Positions 30,923-39,903 of a stretch of 41,774 nucleotides of DNA are shown here, piece by piece. A program made the translations under genes and the position numbers. The notes beneath the pieces were generated by a model. That model made no database searches, had not been told where the DNA came from, and was given only the letters and a program-made list of their open reading frames with translations. This DNA comes from an uncultured Candidatus Planktophila sp. (GTDB lineage: Bacteria; Actinomycetota; Actinomycetes; Nanopelagicales; Nanopelagicaceae), in NCBI GenBank assembly GCA_964564615.1, contig CAZMBG010000001.1:1-41774 (forward strand), in the 5' to 3' direction. Within the stretch, counting starts at the first letter, position 1, and each line of letters opens with the position of its first letter.

Positions 30923-32211
30923 CCAACTATTCTCTCTAACACCAGTGGCAATCTATCTACTATTCCGTTTTCTTCAATCTTCACTGCACCATCAAGGGCT
31001 TCTAGAGCACGGGTAAAACGTGCATCTTCATCTGTGTGCAAGGTAAAGAGAGGTGCGCCTTGCACAATATGGTCTCCCGGTTTTGCATGCATTTCTATTC
31101 CAGCACCTGCTTGCACTTGCTCACCTTGCTTTGAGCGCCCTGCACCTAATCTCCATGCGCTCACGCCAACTTTTAGGGCATCCATGGTTGTGATCACGCC
31201 TGATTGCGGTGCGCTGACAACATGCTGATGGCGCGCGACTGGAAGTTGCGCATCTGGATCTCCACCTTGGGCAGAGATCATCCGTCGCCAATGATCCATT
31301 GCGCTGCCATCTTTCAATGCCTCCGCAGGATCTTTACCGTTAATGCCAGCTGCATCAATCATCTCGCGGGCTAACAGAACAGTAAGTTCCACAACATCCG
31401 ATGGACCGCCGCCGGCTAAGACCTCAACTGATTCGCGCACCTCGAGCGCATTGCCAGCCGTCAGGCCTAGCGGTACATCCATAGCCGTCACCAGCGCGCG
31501 CATTTTGACTCCCGCATCGACACCGAGCGCAACCATGGTGCGCGCTAGCTCTTTCGCCTTCTCTGGATCGGACATAAATGCACCAGATCCAGTCTTAACA
31601 TCAAGCACTAGCGCTGATGTGCCCTCGGCAATTTTCTTGCTCATAATCGAAGATGCAATCAGAGGAATTGCTTCAACTGTAGCGGTGACATCTCTGAGCG
31701 CATAAAGTTTCTTATCTGCTGGTGCCAAACCCGCGCCAGCTGCACAAATGACTGCGCCCGTATCTTGCAATACCTTCAACATTTCGTCATTAGAGAGCGA
31801 AGCTCGCCAACCTGGAATTGACTCTAACTTATCGAGCGTTCCGCCAGTGTGCCCCAGACCTCGACCTGAGAGTTGTGGGACTGCGCCGCCACACGCGGCA
31901 ACTAGTGGTGCCAAGGGAAGCGTGATTTTATCGCCAACTCCACCAGTAGAGTGCTTATCTGCAGTTGGGCGATCGAGTGAACTCCAATTCATTCGTTCCC
32001 CAGAATTAATCATGGCATTAGTCCAGCGTGAAATTTCTCGGGTATTCATTCCATTAAGCAGAATTGCCATCAGTAGAGCTGACATTTGTTCATCTGCAAC
32101 GATGCCACGAGTATATGCATCGACCACCCAATCAATCTGCGCATCAGTCAATTCACTGCGATCGCGCTTAGCGGCAATAATTTCAACCGCTGCAAATGGT
32201 TCGTAGCTCAT
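30919..32211 (-). CDS. deoA: Thymidine/pyrimidine-nucleoside phosphorylase
   Basis: [35 protein letters not shown] and SIMSKK. Confidence 0.95.
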   Translation of the reverse strand: MSYEPFAAVEIIAAKRDRSELTDAQIDWVVDAYTRGIVADEQMSALLMAILLNGMNTREISRWTNAMINSGERMNWSSLDRPTADKHSTGGVGDKITLPLAPLVAACGGAVPQLSGRGLGHTGGTLDKLESIPGWRASLSNDEMLKVLQDTGAVICAAGAGLAPADKKLYALRDVTATVEAIPLIASSIMSKKIAEGTSALVLDVKTGSGAFMSDPEKAKELARTMVALGVDAGVKMRALVTAMDVPLGLTAGNALEVRESVEVLAGGGPSDVVELTVLLAREMIDAAGINGKDPAEALKDGSAMDHWRRMISAQGGDPDAQLPVARHQHVVSAPQSGVITTMDALKVGVSAWRLGAGRSKQGEQVQAGAGIEMHAKPGDHIVQGAPLFTLHTDEDARFTRALEALDGAVKIEENGIVDRLPLVLERIVG

Positions 32212-32606
32212 GAAAGTCTTTTATCCATCTCTTCCGGACCAAATGCCCAAGGTAATAATTCGGAGAGTGGCTGCACGCCGCGATCTGTCATAAGTTGAAG
32301 TGATGAGCCGCCATGCTCTTGTAGTAATTGCCGGCAGCGACCACAAGGCATCAGTGAATTTCCATTCGTGTCAACGCAAGTAAATGCAACGAGTCTTCCT
32401 CCGCCAGTTGCGATCAGCGTTGAAACAAGACCACATTCAGCACATAGCGTCAGTCCGTAACTAGCATTTTCAACATTACAGGCGCTGATAATGCGTCCAT
32501 CATCAACGAGTGCAGCAACTCCTACTGGAAATTTCGAATACGGCGCATAGGCTTTCTGCATGGCTTTCAACGCCTCAGAGCGCAAAACTTCCCAATCAAT
32601 CTGCAT
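32208..32606 (-). CDS. cdd: Cytidine deaminase (homotetrameric type)
   Basis: YAPYSKFPVG, NVENASYGLTLCAE and PCGRCRQ. Confidence 0.95.
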   Translation of the reverse strand: MQIDWEVLRSEALKAMQKAYAPYSKFPVGVAALVDDGRIISACNVENASYGLTLCAECGLVSTLIATGGGRLVAFTCVDTNGNSLMPCGRCRQLLQEHGGSSLQLMTDRGVQPLSELLPWAFGPEEMDKRLS

Positions 32607-33877
32607 TAGTGAGAACCACCGCCGCGCTGATAGGCCACACCATCTGCCGCCGGAGCCCTCACCTTTCCAACAAAGCCAGAGACGGCAATGATGGTGGCGA
32701 TATATGGAACCATCATCATAAATTCAGATGGGATTGGAGTTCCAGAGATAGAGAGCACGCTTCGTAATTGATCTGTGAAACCGAATACCAGAGCAGCAGC
32801 CACTGCCCCCAGTGGAGTCCATCGTCCAAAGATTAAAGCTGCCAGCGCAATAAATCCCATACCAGCAGTCATTTCACGACTAAATGAACCAACCGAGCCA
32901 ATTGTGAAGAATGCTCCACCGTATCCTGCAATTGCTCCAGCGATGAGAACATTTCTAAATCTTTCCCGATTGACATCAATTCCAACTGATTCTGCGGCAA
33001 CTGGCATCTCCCCTACAGAACGCATCCGAAGGCCCCAGCGAGTCTTGAAGAGCGCTATCTGAATGAATGCGACGAGTATGTATAGAGAGTAAATAATGAT
33101 GGTGTGATTGAAGAAAATTGGGCCGATGATCGGTAAATCCGATAACACCGGAATCGGAATCGGTTTAAAAATCGGAGCGCTATTCCACACCGCTGGATTA
33201 GTGGTAAGAGCGCGTTGCGTCGCAAATGTGGTTAAGCCAATAACTAATACGTTGATGACAAATCCTAAAATGACTTGGTCAATCGCGTATTTGATGGCAA
33301 AGAAGGCAAGAATGAGCGAAATGAGTGCACCTGCAAGTGGAGCGACCAAGAGGCCGACCCAGATATTTTTACTTAGACTTGCGGCAACTCCAGCGCCAAA
33401 AGCACCGGCCAGCAATTGACCTTCGATTGCAATATTAATAACTCCAGAACGCTCACATACGACACCGGCAAGTGCTCCAAAAATGAGCGGCACCGAGAGA
33501 ATCAATCCACCTTGAAGGAGGCCGGTGAAAGGCACATAATCACCAGCTGAAGCCCAATTCATAAAAGACATAAAGAAAGCCAATGATGTAAGGAAGATGA
33601 GGATCTTCGCCTTGGTGCGCTTTAGATAGACGATAAAAGAGAGTGCGCTCAAAATTACTGCAGCCAGGCTAAAACTGAGCGAGCCTACCTTTGATCCAAT
33701 AACCCATTCTTTAATGAGTACCCACTCGTCACCCAGCACAAAGTTATAGGTGACAGGTTGGCTCTCTTTTTGCGAAAAACCAAAGAGATAGATTGAGAAG
33801 AGTGATGCGATAAAGAAGCCAATCAGGCGGTAGGCAACCTTCTTTTGAGCCAGCGAAAGGTGTGTCATTGAAATCAT
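32606..33877 (-). CDS. Nucleoside ABC transporter permease (NupC-like)
   Basis: ERSGVINIAIEG, WGLRMRSVGE and GFIALAALIFGRW. ATG 33877 overlaps the upstream stop. Confidence 0.9.
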   Translation of the reverse strand: MISMTHLSLAQKKVAYRLIGFFIASLFSIYLFGFSQKESQPVTYNFVLGDEWVLIKEWVIGSKVGSLSFSLAAVILSALSFIVYLKRTKAKILIFLTSLAFFMSFMNWASAGDYVPFTGLLQGGLILSVPLIFGALAGVVCERSGVINIAIEGQLLAGAFGAGVAASLSKNIWVGLLVAPLAGALISLILAFFAIKYAIDQVILGFVINVLVIGLTTFATQRALTTNPAVWNSAPIFKPIPIPVLSDLPIIGPIFFNHTIIIYSLYILVAFIQIALFKTRWGLRMRSVGEMPVAAESVGIDVNRERFRNVLIAGAIAGYGGAFFTIGSVGSFSREMTAGMGFIALAALIFGRWTPLGAVAAALVFGFTDQLRSVLSISGTPIPSEFMMMVPYIATIIAVSGFVGKVRAPAADGVAYQRGGGSH

Positions 33878-35028
33878 CCGTTCCACCCCTTTGAAACCAA
33901 CGATTTCGCATCATCGAAATTGCGAATCTTAAAGACCTTTGAGACTAAGCCCGGCGCTGCAATAAAGAGCACCACCAGAGCTTGAATGACCAAGACAATT
34001 TCTACTGGAACTTGAACATTTGCCTGCATGGTCACCCCGCCAACCCGCAGCGCAGCGAAGAGCATGGAAGCAAGTACGACACCTAATGGGTTGCCGCGAC
34101 CTAAAAGCGCAACCGTGATGGCATCAAAACCAAATGAGCCTGCTACATCCGTTGTGAGTTCATATTGATTACCTAATACGTGAACCGCTCCACCTAGACC
34201 CGCAAGCGCGCCAGAGAGAACCATGGCGAGGATTGTGGTTCGAGCAACCGAAATACCTGCAGTCTTAGACGCTGCTGCGCTTGCTCCAACTGCTCTAAAT
34301 TTAAATCCGAGAGTTGTTCGACTTAAGAGTAGGTAGACGGCTAGCGCTGATACAAATGAGATCAAAATGCCAGCGTTAACTCGAAAGGCTTCCCCAAAGA
34401 GATGTGGCAAGCGGGCGCTCTCTTGGATAGGCGGGGCGAGCGGATCAATTCGGTTTGGTCGAAGAAAAGCTGGTTGTCGCAAAATCCAGAGAATAAATCG
34501 GGCAGCGATGTAATTGAGCATAATAGTGACAATTACTTCATGTGCACCAGTTTTTGCTTTGAGGACTCCAGCCAATCCGCCCCAAATACCGGCAAAGATC
34601 ATAGAGACCAGAATTGCAACGAGGATATGTAGACCAACTGGAAGATCGTATTTAAAACCAATATAGGAGGCGCCGATTGCACCGAAGATAAATTGTCCTT
34701 GCGCACCAATATTGAAAAGACCTGATTTGAAAGCAACTGCAACTGCTAATCCGCAGAGGATAAGAGGTGCTGCAGCAACCATTGTGTCGGAGAGCGGATA
34801 CAAACCGTGGAAAAATCCGTGGCCACGGGCGAGATTTGGATCGTAAATTGCTCCTTGAAAGAGTGAGAGATACGCATTGCCAATAGTCGAAGCAAATTTT
34901 TTCAGAAAGGAAATAAAGGCGGCATTCACATCGGAATCGGTAAAGGCGATAACTAACCCCCCGATGACCAATGCCAGCAAGAATGCCATTGCCGGCATAA
35001 TTGACTTTCGAAGTAGAGCCTTAAGCAT
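33874..35028 (-). CDS. Nucleoside ABC transporter permease (NupB-like)
   Basis: GLFNIGAQGQ, HEVIVTIMLN and GFDAITVALLG. ATG 35028 has SD AAGGAG. Confidence 0.9.
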   Translation of the reverse strand: MLKALLRKSIMPAMAFLLALVIGGLVIAFTDSDVNAAFISFLKKFASTIGNAYLSLFQGAIYDPNLARGHGFFHGLYPLSDTMVAAAPLILCGLAVAVAFKSGLFNIGAQGQFIFGAIGASYIGFKYDLPVGLHILVAILVSMIFAGIWGGLAGVLKAKTGAHEVIVTIMLNYIAARFILWILRQPAFLRPNRIDPLAPPIQESARLPHLFGEAFRVNAGILISFVSALAVYLLLSRTTLGFKFRAVGASAAASKTAGISVARTTILAMVLSGALAGLGGAVHVLGNQYELTTDVAGSFGFDAITVALLGRGNPLGVVLASMLFAALRVGGVTMQANVQVPVEIVLVIQALVVLFIAAPGLVSKVFKIRNFDDAKSLVSKGWNG

Positions 35029-36553
35029 TGAGGTTCTCTCCTTTAGCATTAATATGCGGATTTATTCCGGCCATATAGAGCCCGACATTTTCCCGACTCT
35101 CAGTTGCTGGGACGATGGCGATGATTTTGCCCTTGTACATAATTGCGATTCGATCAGCAAGCGCAAAGACTTCATCTAGCTCTGTACTGAAAACGATGAC
35201 TGCTCGAGATTGATCGCGCTCTTGCACCAATCGGCGATGCACAAATTCAATGGAGCCAACATCAAGGCCGCGGGTTGGTTGGCAAGCAACCACTAACTTG
35301 ACTTCGCGAGAAAGTTCACGGGCGATGACGACCTTCTGCTTATTTCCGCCCGATAGCGATGAGGCTGGGTTATCTGCGCTCTGGGTACGGATATCGAATT
35401 CTCCGATTCGCTTCTCCGCATTGTCGGCAACGACCTTGGGATAGTAAACGCCTTTACTGCTAAATGGAGAGTTATGGTGAGTATCGAGAATGAGATTTTC
35501 CGCAATGGAGAAGGAGGAAATCAGGCCATCCTTCTCTCTATCTTCCGGAATATATGCGATTCCTGAAGCTAGATTGTCGAGAACTGAGTTCTTCAAAGTA
35601 TCGTGACCATTGACCGAAATTGAGCCTCGGGTAATTTCCTTTAAACCAATAATGGACTCCGCCAATTCGGATTGGCCATTTCCTTGGACGCCTGCAATCG
35701 CCAAGATTTCGCCTTGTCGAACTTCAAAGGTAACGTCATCAACAATCGCCCGACCATATGCATCTAATTGCGAAAAGTTCTTTACTTCAAGGACGACCTC
35801 ACCCGGAGCGCTCTGGCTCTTATCTACCTTGAGGTCGACCTCTCTTCCAACCATAAGCGAGGCTAGCTCTTCCTGGGATGCCGTTGGCGAAGCGGTTCCG
35901 ACGACTTTCCCTCGGCGGATAACGGAAATTCGATCAGCGATTTCCTTCACTTCTCGGAGTTTATGGCTAATGAAGATAATAGACCGACCTGATTCGCGAA
36001 GCCTCTTGAGGTTTCGCAGGAGTTCGTCAGTCTCTTGCGGTGTCAAAACAGCCGTGGGTTCATCCAAAATTAATACTTGAGCGTCATAGATTAATGCGCG
36101 AATAATTTCAACTCGCTGTTGGATTCCAACCGGCAAGTCTTCTACGAGCGCATCAGGGTTGACATCAAAATTAAATTCATCCGATAATCTCTTAATCTCT
36201 TCTTTGGCTTGCTCCAGAGAGAGAATTCCGAGTCGGTTTGATTTTTCGTGGCCCAAGATAATGTTTTCAGCGACTGTAAAAACCGGTATCAACATGAAGT
36301 GCTGATGAACCATTCCTATGCCAGCCGCCAAAGCATCAAGCGGAGATTTGACGGTGATTTGTTGATTATTGACAATGATGGATCCGGCATCAGGCTGTAG
36401 TAATCCATAGACAATATTCATTAACGTGGATTTACCAGCGCCGTTTTCGCCAAGAATCGCCAAGATTTCGCCATCAGCGACCTGAAGATCGATCGAATCA
36501 TTTGCTACAAGAGCACCGAAGGATTTGGTGATGCCACGCAACTCTAGGGACAT
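35021..36553 (-). CDS. Nucleoside ABC transporter ATP-binding protein (tandem NBD, NupA-like)
   Basis: GENGAGKST, GMVHQHF, ILDEPT, LSGGNKQK and QPTRGLD. Confidence 0.93.
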   Translation of the reverse strand: MSLELRGITKSFGALVANDSIDLQVADGEILAILGENGAGKSTLMNIVYGLLQPDAGSIIVNNQQITVKSPLDALAAGIGMVHQHFMLIPVFTVAENIILGHEKSNRLGILSLEQAKEEIKRLSDEFNFDVNPDALVEDLPVGIQQRVEIIRALIYDAQVLILDEPTAVLTPQETDELLRNLKRLRESGRSIIFISHKLREVKEIADRISVIRRGKVVGTASPTASQEELASLMVGREVDLKVDKSQSAPGEVVLEVKNFSQLDAYGRAIVDDVTFEVRQGEILAIAGVQGNGQSELAESIIGLKEITRGSISVNGHDTLKNSVLDNLASGIAYIPEDREKDGLISSFSIAENLILDTHHNSPFSSKGVYYPKVVADNAEKRIGEFDIRTQSADNPASSLSGGNKQKVVIARELSREVKLVVACQPTRGLDVGSIEFVHRRLVQERDQSRAVIVFSTELDEVFALADRIAIMYKGKIIAIVPATESRENVGLYMAGINPHINAKGENLNA

Positions 36554-36579
36554 AGCGGTTAATCTACCAAAGAGAGTTG

Positions 36580-36621
36580 TATAAATGAAACAAGGCTGGT
36601 GCTATTCGCACCAGCCTTGTT
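36580..36621 (-). terminator. Intrinsic terminator/stabilising hairpin after the BMP gene
   Basis: Perfect 14-bp stem AACAAGGCTGGTGC (36589-36602) / GCACCAGCCTTGTT (36608-36621) with a 5-nt loop, followed on the minus strand by T-rich TCATTTAT. Confidence 0.85.
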
Positions 36622-36644
36622 CGAAGCAGAGTTACAGTTAGTGA

Positions 36645-37694
36645 TTACTTAACTGAAACTTTACCAGCCTTAATATCGGCTGCGAGTTTGCGGATCTCAT
36701 TCTGAAGCTTTGCAGGAACCTTCTTTGCAAGATCGTGATATGGAGCAATCTTTGTTCCACCGTTCTTGAGAGTTCCAACATAAGCGGTATTGGTGAACTT
36801 ACCTGCAGCTGACTCTGTGATTGCTGACGCAACAGATTCGCCGAGGCCCTTCATAACAGAAGTGAGAAGTACTGACTTGTACTTATTGGCAGATACGAAT
36901 CCATCGGTATCAACCCAGATTGTTACAGACTTCTTGCTGTCGATGGAATTCTGTGCAGTTGTTGCACCAAGTCCACCAGCAACTGGCAAGATTACGTCTG
37001 CGCCGGCTTGTTCAAAGTTACGTGAAGTTTGAAGCGCCTTTGTGGTGTTCGCAAAGTCTCCGATAAATTCACCGGTCTTTGCAGCTGGATCCCAGCCGAG
37101 AACCTTTACAGACTTGCCCTTCACCTTGTTGTAGTAAGCAACACCCTTAGCAAAGCCATCCATGAAGATGGTAACTGTTGGGTATGGAGCGCCACCGTAG
37201 GTAGCGACCTTGCCGGTCTTTGTGAAGCCTGCTGCGAGGTAGCCTGCCAAGAACGATGATTCGTTTGTCGCGAATGTGAGTCCCTTGACATTCTTTACTG
37301 GGTTACAAACTGAGTAGTCAGCGTTGCAATCAAGTGCTGCATCGTCAACAACTGCATAATTGATTGATGGATTTGCCTTAGCTGAAGCAACAATTGCAGA
37401 GCTAATTGCGAAACCAACACCAATGATGATTGTGCACTTGTTATCAACGAACTTCTTGATATTTACTGCATAGTCAGAAGCAGATGCTGCTGGCAAGTAT
37501 TCAACTGAAATGTTTGAAGACTGGACAGACTGTGCACCTTTCCAAGATGACTGATTAAATGACTTGTCATCAACACCACCGGTGTCTAGGGCAAGGCATG
37601 CCTTTGTCTTTGCCGCTGCATTTGATGCAGGTGCAATTGTGATTCCGAGAGCGATCGCTGCAACAACGGCAACGAGCTTATGTGTCTTCTTCAT
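36645..37694 (-). CDS. BMP/PnrA-family nucleoside ABC substrate-binding protein
   Basis: DTGGVDDKSFNQ, FLAGYLAA, GADVILPVAGG, WVDTD and TSVMK motifs; signal peptide; GGAGG just upstream. Confidence 0.92.
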   Translation of the reverse strand: MKKTHKLVAVVAAIALGITIAPASNAAAKTKACLALDTGGVDDKSFNQSSWKGAQSVQSSNISVEYLPAASASDYAVNIKKFVDNKCTIIIGVGFAISSAIVASAKANPSINYAVVDDAALDCNADYSVCNPVKNVKGLTFATNESSFLAGYLAAGFTKTGKVATYGGAPYPTVTIFMDGFAKGVAYYNKVKGKSVKVLGWDPAAKTGEFIGDFANTTKALQTSRNFEQAGADVILPVAGGLGATTAQNSIDSKKSVTIWVDTDGFVSANKYKSVLLTSVMKGLGESVASAITESAAGKFTNTAYVGTLKNGGTKIAPYHDLAKKVPAKLQNEIRKLAADIKAGKVSVK

Positions 37695-37897
37695 GTTCCT
37701 CCATGGAAAGTAGAACTTGTTTGTTAAAGCAAATCGATATCTTCAATGTGATGTTTTTTCACTAAGAAATTAGGGTTTTGCCTTGTACCTAGAGCCTATC
37801 TAGGCACTTGTTAAAAACCTAAATGGATTTGGCGTGTTGAACCGTTAGGCAGGTAACAATTGTGAAAACTCTCAAGTTGGAGTTGAGTGATTTGTGC

Positions 37898-38893
37898 TTA
37901 GCGGGTGAGTTTTGCAGCTAAAACCGCCGCCTTAGATATCGCCGCTGCTTTCGAAGTCAAAATTGGGCTGTAGGGGCGAAACTCGATTCCATGTGTGACG
38001 TTATAGACGTGTCCATAAATACCGACAATCGGGTCGAGAATATCGAGACTTTCATTGTCTGCAAGCGCGTGCGCTATGACGTCATACATTGCAATATCTA
38101 CCCGCTTCACAACTGTTGCTAGTAAGTATTTTTTAGTAGCCGGTGTGACAGTTACGAATTGGTCGGGCTCAATTGAAATCATTCCCACTTGCTTATAACC
38201 CTTAGCTTTAGCTCGTGCCACGTTGCGTGCAACGATCTGATCAAAGATATCGGAGTCTGAACCTGGACGAGCCACGACGATGACATCGTTGCCAGCTAGC
38301 ATCAAAGATTTTGTGGCAGCTACTGCAGACCCGCTGATGTACGAGACTGCAATCTTGACTGAAGGGCTAGCCGCTTTGACTCCGGCTGCAAATCCATCTT
38401 GATAAATATCGGCCTGGTTTGGCGAAGCGATGAGGGCTACCTTCTGATTTTTGGTAGCTAAAGCTGCGGCATAACCGGCGATAAAGAGCGATTGCTTATC
38501 GTTGAATACAAGTGAATTGACATTAAACGAGGTCACGCTGGCATCGTTGAGGATGGCAAATTGAGTGTTAGGAAATTCAATCGAGACTGCCTGCAACGCT
38601 GGCGCAAACCCGGAACCCACTACAACGATAGGGCTGCAACCTTTCTGTGCCAGAGCGCGAATTCGCTTTTCGCGATCGGCGGTTGTGCCGTCGGTGACTA
38701 CCGCCTCTACCGTAAAGGTAAATTTCTTCTGGGCAAGGGCCAATCCAGCTGCAGCTGCATCGTTATAGGAACGATCGCCACGACCTCCGAGGTCGTAGAC
38801 CACGCCAATCGCAAGTGAGGCAGCATGTGAGGGGGCAACAAAAAATGTAGAAAGTGCGATTGACATCGCAATAATTGTCGCCCGGATTTTCAT
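37898..38893 (-). CDS. Second, divergent BMP-family substrate-binding protein
   Basis: VVYDLGGRGDRSYNDAA, FIAGYAAA and VVKRVD motifs; signal peptide ending SHA. Confidence 0.85.
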   Translation of the reverse strand: MKIRATIIAMSIALSTFFVAPSHAASLAIGVVYDLGGRGDRSYNDAAAAGLALAQKKFTFTVEAVVTDGTTADREKRIRALAQKGCSPIVVVGSGFAPALQAVSIEFPNTQFAILNDASVTSFNVNSLVFNDKQSLFIAGYAAALATKNQKVALIASPNQADIYQDGFAAGVKAASPSVKIAVSYISGSAVAATKSLMLAGNDVIVVARPGSDSDIFDQIVARNVARAKAKGYKQVGMISIEPDQFVTVTPATKKYLLATVVKRVDIAMYDVIAHALADNESLDILDPIVGIYGHVYNVTHGIEFRPYSPILTSKAAAISKAAVLAAKLTR

Positions 38894-39891
38894 TAGCGGA
38901 CCAACCCTAACTTTTCATAGGTGGAGGCAATAGTTGTTTGGGCAACCTCGCGAGCTTTTGCCGCACCTTGATGCAAAATATTGAGCAAATGTTTCTCATC
39001 ATCGAGTAGTTCAAGCGCATGTTGGCGGATTGGGCGGAGGTACTCCACCACTACCTCACCTACTGCAGCTTTGAAATCGCCATAACCCTTACCGGCAAAA
39101 TCATTTTCAAGCGATGCAATACTTTGACCTGAAATCGCTGAGTGAATTGTGAGCAGGTTAGAGATTCCTGGCTTTGCCTTCTCATCAAATTTAATTTCAC
39201 GTTCAGCATCAGTTATAGCGCTCTTAAACTTCTTCATATTTACTTCCGGGGTATCGAGAATCTCAATAAGACCATTCGGCGCACCAGCAGACTTGCTCAT
39301 CTTTGAGGTTGGATCTTGCAAATCATAAATTTTTGCACCTTGTTTTAAAATGAATCCCTCTGGAATTTGAAAATTCTGACCGTAGCGCGTATTAAAGCGC
39401 CCTGCAACATCGCGGGTAAGCTCGATATGTTGTCGTTGATCCTCGCCTACAGGAACTAAATCAGCTTGGTAGAGCAAGATGTCGGCCGCCATCAACATTG
39501 GGTAGGTAAAGAGTCCCACTCTGGCTGCATCGGCTCCGGCTTTAGCGGACTTATCTTTAAATTGGGTCATACGACTTGCTTCGCCGAATCCAGTCATACA
39601 TTCCATTACCCAACCAAGTTGATTATGTTGAGGAACTTGTGATTGCACAAAGAGCGTCGATTTTTCCGGCGAAATTCCGAGTGCTAAGAGTTGTGCGGCA
39701 GAAACTAAGGTGCGCTTGCGGAGAAGCTCAGGATCATTTTCGACAGTGAGTGCATGTAAATCAACAATGCAGTAGAAAGCGTCGTGGCCATCTTGAAGCT
39801 CAACCCACTGCTTCACTGCACCGAGGTAATTACCGAGGTGAAATGACTCGCTGGTGGGCTGGATGCCCGAGAGCACTCGCTTTAATGACAT
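38893..39891 (-). CDS. trpS: Tryptophan--tRNA ligase
   Basis: [31 protein letters not shown] and KMSKS. Confidence 0.97.
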   Translation of the reverse strand: MSLKRVLSGIQPTSESFHLGNYLGAVKQWVELQDGHDAFYCIVDLHALTVENDPELLRKRTLVSAAQLLALGISPEKSTLFVQSQVPQHNQLGWVMECMTGFGEASRMTQFKDKSAKAGADAARVGLFTYPMLMAADILLYQADLVPVGEDQRQHIELTRDVAGRFNTRYGQNFQIPEGFILKQGAKIYDLQDPTSKMSKSAGAPNGLIEILDTPEVNMKKFKSAITDAEREIKFDEKAKPGISNLLTIHSAISGQSIASLENDFAGKGYGDFKAAVGEVVVEYLRPIRQHALELLDDEKHLLNILHQGAAKAREVAQTTIASTYEKLGLVR

Positions 39892-39903
39892 GGCGCAATT
39901 CTC

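Noticed and set aside
37678-37704. Out-of-frame mini ORF (MEEHEEDT) overlapping the BMP start on the minus strand
   Set aside because: Its ATG arises from the GGAGG SD context and has no ribosome-binding site of its own; most likely chance.
37747-37763. TGTGA...TCACT resembling a CRP/GlxR site
   Set aside because: The spacer is 7 nt rather than the required 6, so it is not called.
37866-37893. Weak hairpin CTCAA-gttggag-TTGAG after the second BMP gene
   Set aside because: Only a 5-bp perfect stem; too weak to call a terminator.
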